Notes under the pieces: generated by a model
What the model was told of the DNA's origin: nothing
Databases searched by the model: none
Seen by the model: only the letters and a program-made list of their open reading frames with translations
Assembly (NCBI GenBank): GCA_005779395.1
Contig: SXJP01000039.1
Span: 22,603-86,602, forward strand
Length of the DNA: 64,000 nucleotides
Reading direction: 5' to 3'
From: Actinomycetota bacterium
Lineage (GTDB): Bacteria; Actinomycetota; Acidimicrobiia; IMCC26256; PALSA-610
Translations under genes and position numbers: made by a program
Shown: in pieces, positions 35,622-46,468 of the stretch
How the letters are laid out: every line of letters starts with the position of its first letter
How positions within the stretch are numbered: position 1 is the first letter of the stretch

Positions 35622-36821
35622 TTACAGGCGGGCGACTATCGCTTCAGCGAACTCAGAGCACTTGACCTCTGTTGCGCCGTCCATCTGACGGGCAAAGTCA
35701 TAGGTAACAATCTTGTCGGCGATGGTCGCCTCGAGAGCTCTGATGATGTCGTCTGCAGCGCCTTGCCAACCGAGATGCTCAAACATCATCACGCCAGACA
35801 GAATCACTGATCCTGGATTCACTTTGTCTTGACCGGCGTACTTGGGTGCTGTGCCGTGCGTCGCCTCGAAAATCGCGTGGCCGGTCACATAGTTGATGTT
35901 GCCACCAGGGGCGATGCCGATACCACCAACTTGGGCTGCGAGCGCATCTGACAGGTAGTCGCCATTCAGGTTCGTTGTGGCGATCACTTCGAACTCGGTT
36001 GGGCGCGTAAGAACTTGCTGCAATGTGATGTCGGCGATGCTGTCCTTCACCAAGATCTTGTCGCCTCGTTCACCGTTGCAGTCGTCCCAACCAACAGCAA
36101 CATCGGAGAACTCTTCGCGGACGAGCTCATAGCCCCACTTGGCGAATGCGCCTTCTGTGAACTTCTGGATGTTGCCCTTGTGCACGATCGTGACGCTCTT
36201 GCGGTTATTCGCAACGGCATACTCGATCGCTGCGCGGATAAGGCGCTTCGAGCCAGTAACCGATACTGGTTTGATGCCGATACCGCTATCGGTACGAATA
36301 TCCCAGCCGAAATCGCTCTTCAATAGAGCGATGAGCTTGGCTGCCTCTGGAGTGCCCTGCTCTACCTCGAGGCCAGCGTAAATGTCTTCTGTGTTCTCAC
36401 GAAAGATCACCATGTCGACAAGGTCCGGGCGCTTTACCGGCGAAGGCACACCTGTAAACCAGCGCACTGGTCGCAGGCAAACGTACAGGTCTAAAATCTG
36501 ACGCAAAGCAACATTGAGGCTGCGGATACCGCCACCTATCGGAGTTGTAAGCGGGCCTTTGATGCCGATCAGGTACTCGCGAAACGCCGCGACAGTTTTA
36601 TCGGGAAGCCACGAACCTGTGGCGTCAAATGCCTTCTGACCGGCTAGAACTTCTTTCCAAGCGATCGATTTGCCGTGCTTCTTAGCTGCCGCATCGAGCA
36701 CAAGTTTCGCTGCTGGCCAGATGTCGACACCTGTACCGTCGCCTTCGACGAATGGAATAATGGGCTCGTCCGGAACCCACAACTTGCCGTCGGCTCCCAT
36801 CGTGATCTTTTCAGCGGTCAT
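35622..36821 (-). CDS. icd: isocitrate dehydrogenase (NADP-dependent, homodimeric type)
   Basis: 399 aa with IDH/IPMDH blocks [19 protein letters not shown] and [23 protein letters not shown]. Confidence 0.95.
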   Translation of the reverse strand: MTAEKITMGADGKLWVPDEPIIPFVEGDGTGVDIWPAAKLVLDAAAKKHGKSIAWKEVLAGQKAFDATGSWLPDKTVAAFREYLIGIKGPLTTPIGGGIRSLNVALRQILDLYVCLRPVRWFTGVPSPVKRPDLVDMVIFRENTEDIYAGLEVEQGTPEAAKLIALLKSDFGWDIRTDSGIGIKPVSVTGSKRLIRAAIEYAVANNRKSVTIVHKGNIQKFTEGAFAKWGYELVREEFSDVAVGWDDCNGERGDKILVKDSIADITLQQVLTRPTEFEVIATTNLNGDYLSDALAAQVGGIGIAPGGNINYVTGHAIFEATHGTAPKYAGQDKVNPGSVILSGVMMFEHLGWQGAADDIIRALEATIADKIVTYDFARQMDGATEVKCSEFAEAIVARL

Positions 36822-36845
36822 GGCCCGAGACTATCTAGGAACACG

Positions 36846-37841
36846 TCACGGTCCGGCTTCGGCCGAGAGGCTTCCGACGATGTCTACGAAATTGCCATCG
36901 ACTCCAGTCGCGAGATCGCCGGTGGTGAGCCCACCTGTAGTTGGTTTGCCGTCAAGGCCGGTTGCGTCAAGCAGTGCATCGACAACCTGGCTCTGGATCA
37001 AGATCTCTACACGCCGGTTCTTCGAGCGTCCTGCCTCTGTTGCGTTGGATGCAATTGGTCGCGTGTCGGCATGTCCTGAGGAATGAAGATCAGACTCGGC
37101 GAGTCCGACGGTCATTAGGTAGCGCAATACGGCGCTAGAACGCGCTCCAGACAGTTCCCAGTTCGATGGGAACTGCGCTGTTCGAATTGGATTCGTGTCT
37201 GTGTGGCCACCGATGAGTATTGGGTTATCTACGCCTTCAAGAGCGATCGCGATGAGGTCCAAGATCGTCGTCCCGTACGGCTGAATTTCGGCTTCACCCG
37301 AATTGAAAAGAACCTGGTCCGTGATGATCGTGAGATGCAGTCCGTCGTCGAGCAACTCAAAATGGAGTTTGTCCGCAAACCCTTCGCGCGTAGCAGCCGC
37401 TTCAAGCGCCCGTTTGATACCTTCAAGAGTCGCTTTCTCACTCGCGATTGCCGCCTGAAGTGCTTGCTCGCGTTGGAGTATTTGGTCGAGATATGTCTCG
37501 CCGATGTCATTCTGGGTTGGGCCAGGATCACCACCTTGCTGACTCGAGCTACCCGAGCCACCTTCGGAGTTGGGCGCAGGAATGATCTCGTGGCCTTGCT
37601 TTGCAGCAAACACGCCCGTCGTAAGTTCGCCACCGCCGAGTGCATCGTTGAAGCCGATGGAGAGTTCCTTGAACTTGTCCTTGTCGACAGACGACATCGC
37701 GAACAGCGCAATGAACATCGCCATCAGCAGAGTCAGGAGGTCGGCGTAGGGAATTACCCATGCTTCATGGTTGACATGTTCTTCGTGTTCCTCATGCGGT
37801 TCGTCATCGTGGCCGTGACCACCGCTAGCTGCGCCGGACAT
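36846..37841 (-). CDS. motB: MotB-type stator protein (OmpA-like C-terminal domain)
   Basis: N-terminal TM with conserved Asp (WVIPYADLLTLLMAMF) and a Gly/Ser-rich linker. OmpA-like block GHTDTNPIRTAQFPSNWELSGARS....NRRVEI. Confidence 0.88.
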   Translation of the reverse strand: MSGAASGGHGHDDEPHEEHEEHVNHEAWVIPYADLLTLLMAMFIALFAMSSVDKDKFKELSIGFNDALGGGELTTGVFAAKQGHEIIPAPNSEGGSGSSSQQGGDPGPTQNDIGETYLDQILQREQALQAAIASEKATLEGIKRALEAAATREGFADKLHFELLDDGLHLTIITDQVLFNSGEAEIQPYGTTILDLIAIALEGVDNPILIGGHTDTNPIRTAQFPSNWELSGARSSAVLRYLMTVGLAESDLHSSGHADTRPIASNATEAGRSKNRRVEILIQSQVVDALLDATGLDGKPTTGGLTTGDLATGVDGNFVDIVGSLSAEAGP

Positions 37842-37851
37842 CGTTCAGCCC

Positions 37852-38625
37852 CTATGCGGCCTCAGCTTCGCGTTCCGCTGGTGGAACACGAGCCATCAAG
37901 AACTCTTCAACAATGCGAGGACTAGTACCTGCCTGCATCGCCATTACGCCCTCGATCACTAGTTCCATGTGATCAACCTCTTCGGTGGTGCAACGCTTCA
38001 GCTTGTTCGCCATCGGCAAGAAAATCCCGTTCGCCAAAAAGACGCCCCAGAAGGTCGCGACGAACGCAGCAGATATACCGTGACCGATTGCCGCAGGATC
38101 GTCGAGGTGGGCCATCGTCGCCATCAGACCGAATACTGCTCCGATGATCCCAAAAGTCGGGGCAAAAACTCCTGCGTTTGTGAGGAAATTCTGGCCCGCC
38201 TTGTGACGCTCTTTCAACGCAGCTACCTCTGCCCTCAGGGTCTTCTTTAGAGCGTCGGGGTCGGTGCCATCGACCGCGAGTTGGATTCCTTTTTTGAGGA
38301 ATGGGTCTTCGAGTTGCTTCGCATCTTCTTCGAGTGCGAGAAGCCCTTCGGTCCGGGCGCGGTTCGTGAGGCGCACGATCACTTCAATCGTTTCTTTCGT
38401 GTTCTTTTCGGGGTTGCCCTTCACGGCCTTACCGATGTACTTGCCGACAGCAGCACCCTCAGCGAAAGGTGCACCAATGAAAGTCGCACCCATAGCGCCA
38501 ACCACAACAATCAACAGAGCGGGGACGTTGGTGAACAGGGCAACGATGTCAGCGCCTTTCAGGATGGCGCCGACGAAGACTCCGACAAAGGCCATCACGA
38601 GGCCGATCATCGTGCCTTTTTCCAT
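37852..38625 (-). CDS. motA: MotA/TolQ/ExbB-family proton-channel stator protein
   Basis: 257 aa with a 4-TM MotA/PomA-like topology. It lies immediately upstream of motB (10-bp gap). Confidence 0.88.
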   Translation of the reverse strand: MEKGTMIGLVMAFVGVFVGAILKGADIVALFTNVPALLIVVVGAMGATFIGAPFAEGAAVGKYIGKAVKGNPEKNTKETIEVIVRLTNRARTEGLLALEEDAKQLEDPFLKKGIQLAVDGTDPDALKKTLRAEVAALKERHKAGQNFLTNAGVFAPTFGIIGAVFGLMATMAHLDDPAAIGHGISAAFVATFWGVFLANGIFLPMANKLKRCTTEEVDHMELVIEGVMAMQAGTSPRIVEEFLMARVPPAEREAEAA

Positions 38626-38787
38626 CTCAGCCTCCTGCGCTAGGTACCAAGACCGCTCGACTCAAGCGGCCCTGCATTCGTGGCATAGCTATCGGCGCAT
38701 ATGCGTGAGGACTCAATACCGAGTTTTGGCCATTCCGCGAGCAATTTCGGCCTCACGCCGGTCGATTCAACGCTTCGTGACGAGATT

Positions 38788-39567
38788 TCAGGCGTCTAGG
38801 GCAGCGCGGAGACTCGCTACAAACTTGTGGGCCTCGATCGGGCCTCCGCTTTGGAGAAGGCGACGTACCAACGCTGAGCCAACAACTACGCCATCGCAAT
38901 GCGACGAAGCCTCAGCGGCCTGCTCGGGCGTGCTGATTCCGACACCGAGCAACACGGGGATATCGGTAGCGGCTTTGAGGCGCGCACCCATTGAGGCTGC
39001 CGTATTAGCAAGGCCTTTGCGCTCCCCCGTAACCCCAAGGAGCGACACCGCATAAAGGAACCCCGAAGCCGCGGCGCATATCTCGACAAGTCGCGCATCG
39101 GTTGTTGTGGGCGAAGCGAGCAGTACGCATTCGACTCCGTGGCTACGCGCAGTCGCGTCCCAACCGCCTCGCTTCATCTCGTCGACGGGGAGGTCAGGCA
39201 AAATCGCCGCATCTATCCCAGCGTTAGCCAACAGCGACGCAAACCTGGCATGGCCCATGTGCGCAACGATGTTGTAGTACGTCATCACAGCAATCGGCGC
39301 TGCAATGTCGAGTTCGCTTGCCTGAGCGATTACCGACTCAGGCGTAGCCCCAATATCGAGAGAACGCTGACTCGCCTCTTGGATCGTTACGCCGTCCATG
39401 ACGGGATCAGAAAACGGAATTCCTATCTCGATCGCGTCGGCTCCGGCGTCGGAACATGCTCTGACAACGTCTAGCCAGTCCTTACCAAGTCCTCCAGTGA
39501 CATAGGGAACGAGCAATTTCCGACCCGTATCGCGAGAAGCGCGCAATGTTGATTCGAGATGCATCAA
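38788..39567 (-). CDS. trpA: tryptophan synthase alpha chain
   Basis: 259 aa with [14 protein letters not shown] and [11 protein letters not shown] blocks. It overlaps the trpB stop by 4 nt. Confidence 0.95.
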   Translation of the reverse strand: MMHLESTLRASRDTGRKLLVPYVTGGLGKDWLDVVRACSDAGADAIEIGIPFSDPVMDGVTIQEASQRSLDIGATPESVIAQASELDIAAPIAVMTYYNIVAHMGHARFASLLANAGIDAAILPDLPVDEMKRGGWDATARSHGVECVLLASPTTTDARLVEICAAASGFLYAVSLLGVTGERKGLANTAASMGARLKAATDIPVLLGVGISTPEQAAEASSHCDGVVVGSALVRRLLQSGGPIEAHKFVASLRAALDA

Positions 39568-40799
39568 AGACTGCCGAGACGCTCTGCGATTTGCGCGGCA
39601 TCCTTATCGCCACGCCCCGAGAGTGTTACGAGCACGGTCGAGCCAGATGGGATTGTGTCGCCTACCGCACGTTCGAGCCAGCCAATCGCGTGGGCTGGCT
39701 CTAGTGCTGGCACGATGCCCTCTGTCGACGAAAGCAGCACGAACCCAGACACTGCTTCGTCGTCGGTAGCGCTCTCATAGCGTGCTCGTCCGCTCGCAGC
39801 GAGTGCTGCATGTTCAGGGCCGATACCCGGGTAGTCGAGTCCTGCACTTATCGAGTGAGCTTCGAGGACTTGGCCGTGTTCATCTTGCAAGAACAGGGAG
39901 CGCATCCCGTGCACATAGCCCGGCACGCCACGATTTACAGCCGCTCCGTGTTTGCCGGTTTCTAGGCCGAGTCCTGCGGCTTCGACACCGACGAGCGCCG
40001 TGTCCTTTAGGTCGACGAAGCCAGCGAAGGTTCCCATTGCGTTAGACCCGCCGCCGATACATGCGACTACGTAGTCGGGGTCTCCACCATCGAGTATCGA
40101 CCGGCATTGCTCGCGTGCCTCGTCGCCAACAACGCGCTGGAACTCACGGACCATCCATGGAAATGGATGTGGACCCATGACAGAACCGAGGCAGTAGTGA
40201 GTCGTTTCGACCGAAGCAACCCACTCACGCATTGCGTCGTTGACAGCGTCTTTCAAGGTGGCCGAACCGCTCGTGACAGGAATTACCTCAGCGCCGAGTA
40301 ACCGCATCCGCCACACGTTCAGCGCCTGACGCTCGACATCGACAGCACCCATGAACACCGTGCACTCAAGACCAAACAGCGCAGCGGCAGTTGCTGTCGC
40401 TACACCGTGCTGACCAGCACCGGTTTCGGCGATCACACGCCCCTTGCCCATGCGACGAGTGAGTAGCGCCTGACCGAGAACGTTATTGATCTTGTGACTA
40501 CCGGTATGGGTCAGGTCTTCACGCTTGAGTAGTACTCGAACACCGAGTTTGTCCGAGAGCCTGTGACATTCGGTGACCGGCGTCGGCCGACCAGCATAGG
40601 ACCCGAGCAGGTCCGAGAACTCTGAGCGAAACGCATCGTCATGCCAAGCCGCGCGAAACTCGTTTTCGAGTTCTTCTAGAGCTGCGATCAGGGTCTCTGG
40701 AACGAAACGCCCGCCGAATTCACCGAAACGACCAGCTTCCGAAGGCTCTGGCCCTTGAGGTCCGAGAATTACTCCCCCACCGCGGACGGGTGGATTCAT
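39564..40799 (-). CDS. trpB: tryptophan synthase beta chain
   Basis: 411 aa with the PLP-lysine block [16 protein letters not shown] and GGGSNAMG. Confidence 0.97.
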   Translation of the reverse strand: MNPPVRGGGVILGPQGPEPSEAGRFGEFGGRFVPETLIAALEELENEFRAAWHDDAFRSEFSDLLGSYAGRPTPVTECHRLSDKLGVRVLLKREDLTHTGSHKINNVLGQALLTRRMGKGRVIAETGAGQHGVATATAAALFGLECTVFMGAVDVERQALNVWRMRLLGAEVIPVTSGSATLKDAVNDAMREWVASVETTHYCLGSVMGPHPFPWMVREFQRVVGDEAREQCRSILDGGDPDYVVACIGGGSNAMGTFAGFVDLKDTALVGVEAAGLGLETGKHGAAVNRGVPGYVHGMRSLFLQDEHGQVLEAHSISAGLDYPGIGPEHAALAASGRARYESATDDEAVSGFVLLSSTEGIVPALEPAHAIGWLERAVGDTIPSGSTVLVTLSGRGDKDAAQIAERLGSL

Positions 40800-41551
40800 T
40801 TTCGCAACCCGAGATCGTCAAGGCTCCAGTCGAAGGGGCGCGACTTGCCTGGGACCACATCTGGAATTTGCTCTATAGGGATCTCATCAAGCGCGATTCC
40901 GAAGTCGATAGCGCGTTCGGCCTTATGGCCTCGACTCGCGCTAAGTACATCGCCTGCGTCTTTTGCAGCTTGGACGAACAACCTGACCTTGGTTGGGTCC
41001 TTGTGGCCTGTCGTTCGTTCGACGCCACTGCTGACATCGACTCCCCACGGCCGGATCGTAGAAATCGCGTCGGCAACATTCTGATGATTCAGACCGCCAG
41101 CTAGCAACAGTCGCACACCCGGCGGGATTCTGTCGGCGAGCGCCCAATCGAAAACCTTGCCGCTGCCCGGGTTGGGTCCGTCGACGAGAACAATGTCGGC
41201 CGGGCTGTTCGCAGCGAGAGAAATCGCAGGGTCGCCAACCTTGTAGCCCTGGATCACGAAACGCACGCGCTCACGTATGTAACGCACATCCGTAACGGTT
41301 TCGCGCCCGTGCAGTTGCGCTCCGCGTAGTCCTGCGCGGTTACAGATTTCTACGACTCGCTCGGGACGTTCGTCTACGAAGACGCCGACGGCAATTGTCT
41401 CTGCTGGCAACCGCCGGACTATGTCGCGAACCTCCTCGACATTGACCTGCCTTCGGCTAGGAGCAAACACAAATCCGAGCGCGTCGGCGCCCATAGCGAC
41501 AGCCAACAGCGCGTCGTCCTCGTTAGTAATGCCGCAGATCTTTACGAACAT
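40796..41551 (-). CDS. trpF: phosphoribosylanthranilate isomerase with ~45-aa C-terminal extension
   Basis: [15 protein letters not shown]-terminus and a GVDVSSGVE block. At 251 aa it is longer than a typical ~205-aa TrpF. It overlaps the trpB start by 4 nt. Confidence 0.88.
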   Translation of the reverse strand: MFVKICGITNEDDALLAVAMGADALGFVFAPSRRQVNVEEVRDIVRRLPAETIAVGVFVDERPERVVEICNRAGLRGAQLHGRETVTDVRYIRERVRFVIQGYKVGDPAISLAANSPADIVLVDGPNPGSGKVFDWALADRIPPGVRLLLAGGLNHQNVADAISTIRPWGVDVSSGVERTTGHKDPTKVRLFVQAAKDAGDVLSASRGHKAERAIDFGIALDEIPIEQIPDVVPGKSRPFDWSLDDLGLRK

Positions 41552-41563
41552 GGTGCGAGCAGA

Positions 41564-42361
41564 TTACGACTTGGCTACGAACGCCGCGGCCATTTGTGCA
41601 CATAGCGCTGCAGGATCGGGACAACGGGAGAACGCTTCGCCGACAAGTACGGCGTCAAGGCCCGCGTCGGCCATTCTCTGTGCATCAGCCACGGTTCTGA
41701 CTGCCGACTCCCCAATGCGTATCACTTCTGTTGGGAGAAGCGATCCAAGGCGTTCAGCGATTCCGAGGTCTTCCGAGAAGCTTTGCAGACTCCTGTTGTT
41801 GATACCAACGATGCGCGCTCCTGCGCTAAGTGCGCGTTCAATCTCTGCTTCATCGTGCGTCTCCACAAGCGCAGCTAGGCCTAGGTCCGTCGCCGCCTCT
41901 CTGAGATCTCTAAGGGTGGCGTCGTCTAGTGCTGCAACGATCAGCAACACAGCGTCAGCCCCGAGAGCGCGCGCCTCGAACAACTGGATTTCCGCGATGA
42001 CGAAGTCTTTCCGGAGAATTGGTAGCGCGACCGCTTCGCGCGTGAGCGTCAAATCTTGGGCTCTGCCACCGAAGTATGGGCCGTCCGTTAGGACGCTTAG
42101 CGCCGACGCACCGCCGGATTCAAAATCTGAGGCGCGTTTCGAAGGGTCGAGATCGGGATCTAGATCTCCCTTGCTCGGCGACCGTCGCTTGATTTCAGCG
42201 ACTACAGCTAGGTGCCCATCAGGTCGTCGCAGGCTGCCCGCGAAGTCACGCGTCGGCAATGCCTCTACGGCAGCGCGGCGTATGGCGTTGCGAGTCTGTG
42301 GTTGGTGTAGCAGCGTGACCTCGTCGCGTTTGGTCGCGAGGATGTCGTCAAGGATTCCCAT
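41564..42361 (-). CDS. trpC: indole-3-glycerol phosphate synthase
   Basis: 265 aa with EIKRRSPSKG, ILRKDF and VGINNR blocks. Confidence 0.93.
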   Translation of the reverse strand: MGILDDILATKRDEVTLLHQPQTRNAIRRAAVEALPTRDFAGSLRRPDGHLAVVAEIKRRSPSKGDLDPDLDPSKRASDFESGGASALSVLTDGPYFGGRAQDLTLTREAVALPILRKDFVIAEIQLFEARALGADAVLLIVAALDDATLRDLREAATDLGLAALVETHDEAEIERALSAGARIVGINNRSLQSFSEDLGIAERLGSLLPTEVIRIGESAVRTVADAQRMADAGLDAVLVGEAFSRCPDPAALCAQMAAAFVAKS

Positions 42362-42396
42362 TCGACCGCGAGGCTAGCGAGGACTCGCAAACTGAG

Positions 42397-43989
42397 TTAA
42401 CGCGGGAAGGTCACCGCGCTCGTGAAGTAATCGCCCTTGCGAGCCGAGCCCACGACGCCGGGGCTGTTCTCTGTCCAATGCACGCTTCCGCTGTTGCTCG
42501 GCGCGTTCATCGCGTCACCAAATCTGGTCAATGCTCCCGCACTCAGATATTTTCCTACGTCTTCGCCCGGCGACCCAACCAATAGTTCGGCGAGGCCATC
42601 GGCGTCTGTATCGACTGCGCCAAGTGTTGCCCCAAACCAGCCACTACGCGTCGGCGCCCCAAGGACGCCATCGGTATTCAGGGTGAACACCACAGAATCA
42701 GTTGCCGTTGCCCCTGCGACCGAAGGGAAGAGGACGTGTGCCTGACCACCGTCAATAGCGCCGCTGAGATCCTCGAATGGCACGCCGATCACAAGAACGT
42801 CATCTGCGCCACCGCCATCGACATCTGCTAACCGAGCGATCAAGACCGAGTGACCGAATTCTTGTCCACGTCGAGATCCACCAGGGATACCAGTCGTCTC
42901 CTGGTTCAACATCTGGCTCATAGTCAAACCGAGAAGATCGGCGTCGCCAGTCGCAACGAATACCGCGCCAGCAAAAGCAACTGCCCCGGAAGCCTCACCT
43001 GGTGCGCCAACAGCGAGATCATCGATCCCGTCGAGGTTGAGGTCACCTGCAGCGATGCTCCACCCGAAAAAATCAGAGACCTGTCTGCCCGCGGAACCGA
43101 CGTTGCGAAAGTTGCGTTCCGTCAACGTCTGACTCGTCGAAGGATCTAATGCAGTGCCGGAAGCCCCGCGCAAAATGTGTACAGCGCCAGCACCCGCGTG
43201 CGTCGTCGCGAAGTCGCCAGGAACACCAATAGCGAGATCATCAATCTCGTCGCCGCCGAAGCGGCCAACTGCGAGCGAGTAACCGAAATTGTCGCTCAAC
43301 TCAGGGATACCTGCGATTCCATTCGTGGCTTGCGTGAATCTTCGCGAGCCAATATCGGTAAGGCCACATACGCAACCATTCAGCACCGCCACTGCGCCAG
43401 CGCGACGGCGGCCGTTGATTCTCTCTCCAGGTATTCCAATGGCGAGATCGTCGAGCAGGTCGTCGTTGAAATCGCCCGCAGCGAGCGCAGTACTGAACAG
43501 CTCCGCAGGTGCAGTGGTACTAGCTATTTGCCCAACGTCTTGATGCCACAGCTCGGATCCGGCTGCGGTGAGGCCGTTCGCCGATCCGTAAAGCACTAGG
43601 ACACTGCCAGCAGCCCTCTTGGTAGCTATGACGTCGCCAGGTATCCCTGCGGCTAGATCGTCGTATCCATCGCCATTGAAGTCACCGGAGGCAAGACTCG
43701 CGCCTAGAGACTCTGCGTCATGGGTGATGCCGGGGATCCCAGCCGTCGCCTGATCGAAAAATAGCAAGCGGTTCGCAGCGGCCGGCTCCGCTCCATAAAA
43801 GACATAAACGGCACCAGCGCCACGGTTCTCGCCAGCAGCACCTACGGCGTAGTCGCCGAATCCGTCTCCGTCGAAATCCGGATGGGTTCCCGGCATTGTG
43901 GCAGCGGGGACCACCTCAATCGCGACGAACGTGGACGACATCGATATGAGGAGCACGAGTGTGCGCAGAACGCGCAAGTAAGACTTCAC
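42397..43989 (-). CDS. secreted FG-GAP repeat (integrin-alpha-like beta-propeller) protein
   Basis: N-terminal signal peptide, then seven repeats of the DxDGDGxxDLAxGxPG type (e.g. GDFNGDGYDDLAAGIPGD, GDLNLDGIDDLAVGAPGE). Confidence 0.85.
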   Translation of the reverse strand: MKSYLRVLRTLVLLISMSSTFVAIEVVPAATMPGTHPDFDGDGFGDYAVGAAGENRGAGAVYVFYGAEPAAANRLLFFDQATAGIPGITHDAESLGASLASGDFNGDGYDDLAAGIPGDVIATKRAAGSVLVLYGSANGLTAAGSELWHQDVGQIASTTAPAELFSTALAAGDFNDDLLDDLAIGIPGERINGRRRAGAVAVLNGCVCGLTDIGSRRFTQATNGIAGIPELSDNFGYSLAVGRFGGDEIDDLAIGVPGDFATTHAGAGAVHILRGASGTALDPSTSQTLTERNFRNVGSAGRQVSDFFGWSIAAGDLNLDGIDDLAVGAPGEASGAVAFAGAVFVATGDADLLGLTMSQMLNQETTGIPGGSRRGQEFGHSVLIARLADVDGGGADDVLVIGVPFEDLSGAIDGGQAHVLFPSVAGATATDSVVFTLNTDGVLGAPTRSGWFGATLGAVDTDADGLAELLVGSPGEDVGKYLSAGALTRFGDAMNAPSNSGSVHWTENSPGVVGSARKGDYFTSAVTFPR

Positions 43990-44056
43990 TCATGATTCGA
44001 TCGGCCGTCACAGGAGTAGTTCCACGCATACGACTGACGGGATGCGAAAGCGACAT

Positions 44057-44929
44057 TTAGTCCAGCGTGATGGTTGTTGTTTGTGACACTCGCAGCGCAG
44101 CGCCTTGCTCGACTTCACGCCGCAACGTTGCTAACGCGACAGGCCCACAACGTGGCGACACCGCCGAACTCGAAACTACGCCGACAACCTTGCCGTCAAG
44201 GTTGACTACCTCGTCTCCAACCGACACTTCGACACTGGGGCGTAGACGGCGCATGGTCTTGTTGACATGCCCACGACTGTCGATTCTGCACACGAGTTCC
44301 TGGCCTAAGAAGCAACCCTTCGTGAAACTGACTGCCGTGACTTCAAGCGCCGCTTCCTGCGCAATTGTGTCCGCGTCGATATCTGCGGGTTGACGAGCGA
44401 CGCCGAGTTCGATCCGCAATGTCTCTAACGCCACTAAGTCGGCTTCCGTCACATCTGGAATGCTCATTGAGGAGATCAGAGATGTCGGGCCCAACAGCTC
44501 ATGCCCCGGACTGGTCGGCCAATCGATGGTTGCTACGTGCACGCCATCGGGAACATTCGGAGCTACGCCGACAGAGTTCGGGCCCCTCACGACCAAGGCC
44601 TGATATCTCGCGGAGCAGTCTTCGATTCTGACGTCGACTCTTATCTTGAACCTCGCTAGACCGACCGCTAGCAGCGGCCCGACTTCCGGCTCGCACCGCA
44701 ACCAGAACATGTCCTCAGCTACTCGTACGACGTGAAAGTCTGCTGTGAGTTTGCCTTGAGGTTCGAGGAGTAACGAGTGACGCGTCTCACCTACTCCGAT
44801 TCCGTCGAGGTCTTGACTCACAAGCGCTTGCAAAAACTTGAGAGCATCCGGTCCAGCGACTTCGACGAGTCCCACAGCGTCGATGCGGACGTAAGCCACG
44901 TCGTTGCAGAGTTGTTCGAAACCCTTCAA
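44057..44929 (-). CDS. ygfZ: folate-binding YgfZ/GcvT-family protein
   Basis: 290 aa with the signature TKGCFLGQE (KGCYxGQE type). Its start overlaps the trpE stop by 4 nt. Confidence 0.8.
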   Translation of the reverse strand: MKGFEQLCNDVAYVRIDAVGLVEVAGPDALKFLQALVSQDLDGIGVGETRHSLLLEPQGKLTADFHVVRVAEDMFWLRCEPEVGPLLAVGLARFKIRVDVRIEDCSARYQALVVRGPNSVGVAPNVPDGVHVATIDWPTSPGHELLGPTSLISSMSIPDVTEADLVALETLRIELGVARQPADIDADTIAQEAALEVTAVSFTKGCFLGQELVCRIDSRGHVNKTMRRLRPSVEVSVGDEVVNLDGKVVGVVSSSAVSPRCGPVALATLRREVEQGAALRVSQTTTITLD

Positions 44930-46464
44930 CTTGGCCTCACTGCAGAACCGGATCCGAAGATGCGATTAGCTGTGGCCGCAGCGCTCAGCAGTGCACGCGC
45001 CTTGTTAGAACATTCGAGATCTTCATCGGCCGGATCGCTATCGGCGACAACTCCAGCACCAGCTTGAACCGAAGCCTTACCGTCGCTGAAAAACATTGTG
45101 CGAATCGCGATAGCGATGTCGAGATTGCCTGAGAAATCGAAATAGCCGACAACACCTGCATATGGACCACGCTTGGCCGGCTCTAGTTCATCGATTATTT
45201 CCATAGCCCGAACCTTTGGCGCTCCGCTCACCGTACCGGCAGGGAAGGTCGCGCGTACCACATCGATGACTGACTTATCGGGTCGGAGTTCCCCAGAAAC
45301 CTGACTCGTCATGTGCATGACATGGCTGTAACGCTCGAGGGTCATGAGCTCATCAATTTGTTCGGACCCGAATTTGACGATGCGCCCGAGGTCATTACGG
45401 GCGAGGTCTACGAGCATTACGTGCTCAGCGCGCTCCTTCGGATGCTCGATCAACTCGGCGGCGAGTCTCTGGTCGTGTTCCTCCGTCCGCCCACGCTTGC
45501 GTGTCCCAGCGATCGGTCTACCGATAACCCTTCCGTCCTGCAACGACACAAGTGCCTCGGGAGAACTCCCGACTGTCGTCACGCCTCCAGCACGCAGGAA
45601 ATACATGTACGGCGACGGATTGACAAGACGGAGTACGCGGTAGAGCGCTAGCGGATCTGGGGGATCACACAAATCGAAGCGTTGGGCTAACACCACCTGA
45701 AAGATGTCGCCAGCAAGAATGTGTTCCTTTGCTGCAGCTACTGCCTCTGCATATTCGTCCGCTGGAGTGCGTCGCACAACCTCGGCTACATCGCCCGTAT
45801 CGCCAGGCTCGGGGATCGCAGCGTCGTAAGTGGTCGTAGGGTTCGGCGCGCTCAGCGACGCGAGTGTGCGCTCGATCCTCTCCGACGCGCGTTCATACTG
45901 CGAGCGCAAGACTTCTTCTGTGGAACCGGGATCTATATAGCAGTTTTCGATCAACGACATGCGTTGAGCGAAGTGGTCGAACGCTGCTACGGAAGCACAA
46001 AGCGCAAGGACAGCGTCTGGCATCCCCTGATCATCAGGTGGAGTGTTCTCGAGTATTTCGATCTCGCGCACCGTGTCGTAGCCGAGTAGTCCGACTATGC
46101 CACCGTGGAACGGCGCCAGGCCGTCGATTCGAGGAGCGCGGTATTTGACCAGCATCGCCTCGAGCGCAGCGAGGATGCCGTTGTCGGTCGGTACGTCCTC
46201 TAACTGTTCGCCAGAGAACTCAACGTTTGTTCCGCGTACGACAATTGTCGTCACTTGATCCCATCCGAGAAAAGACCAGCGCCCCCAACGCTCGGCATGT
46301 TCTACGGATTCGAGCAGGAAGCCATCGCGGTCTCCAACAAGTTTCATGAAAGCGGACAAGGGCGTTTCGAGATCGGCAAGAACTTCGCACCAAACAGGAA
46401 TAACAGTGTGATCGACAGCCAGCGCCACAAACTCGTCGGCGCTTAGACGCAGCGGAATTGCCAT
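44926..46464 (-). CDS. trpE: anthranilate synthase component I
   Basis: ATG 46464 lies 4 nt after the hisI stop. 512 aa with chorismate-binding blocks ([32 protein letters not shown]). Confidence 0.93.
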   Translation of the reverse strand: MAIPLRLSADEFVALAVDHTVIPVWCEVLADLETPLSAFMKLVGDRDGFLLESVEHAERWGRWSFLGWDQVTTIVVRGTNVEFSGEQLEDVPTDNGILAALEAMLVKYRAPRIDGLAPFHGGIVGLLGYDTVREIEILENTPPDDQGMPDAVLALCASVAAFDHFAQRMSLIENCYIDPGSTEEVLRSQYERASERIERTLASLSAPNPTTTYDAAIPEPGDTGDVAEVVRRTPADEYAEAVAAAKEHILAGDIFQVVLAQRFDLCDPPDPLALYRVLRLVNPSPYMYFLRAGGVTTVGSSPEALVSLQDGRVIGRPIAGTRKRGRTEEHDQRLAAELIEHPKERAEHVMLVDLARNDLGRIVKFGSEQIDELMTLERYSHVMHMTSQVSGELRPDKSVIDVVRATFPAGTVSGAPKVRAMEIIDELEPAKRGPYAGVVGYFDFSGNLDIAIAIRTMFFSDGKASVQAGAGVVADSDPADEDLECSNKARALLSAAATANRIFGSGSAVRPS

Positions 46465-46468
46465 TTGT

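Noticed and set aside
36846-38625. The possibility that the MotAB pair is a Zorya-type (ZorAB) anti-phage module.
   Set aside because: MotA is only 257 aa, without the long ZorA C-terminal tail. No ZorC, ZorD or ZorE-like genes flank it; the neighbours are trpA and icd.
38696-38705. A 10-bp palindrome CGCATATGCG upstream of motA, and a GCCGGgatCCGGC hairpin upstream of acpP (~16299-16311).
   Set aside because: Short palindromes of this size are expected by chance in 64 kb, and there is no repeated occurrence or positional evidence for function.
41421-42377. A 318-aa plus-strand ORF. Similar long plus-strand ORFs occur at 38264-39055, 36670-37086 and 37203-37925.
   Set aside because: All are antisense to well-supported genes (trpC, trpA/motA, icd/motB) and have S/R/A-rich low-complexity translations.
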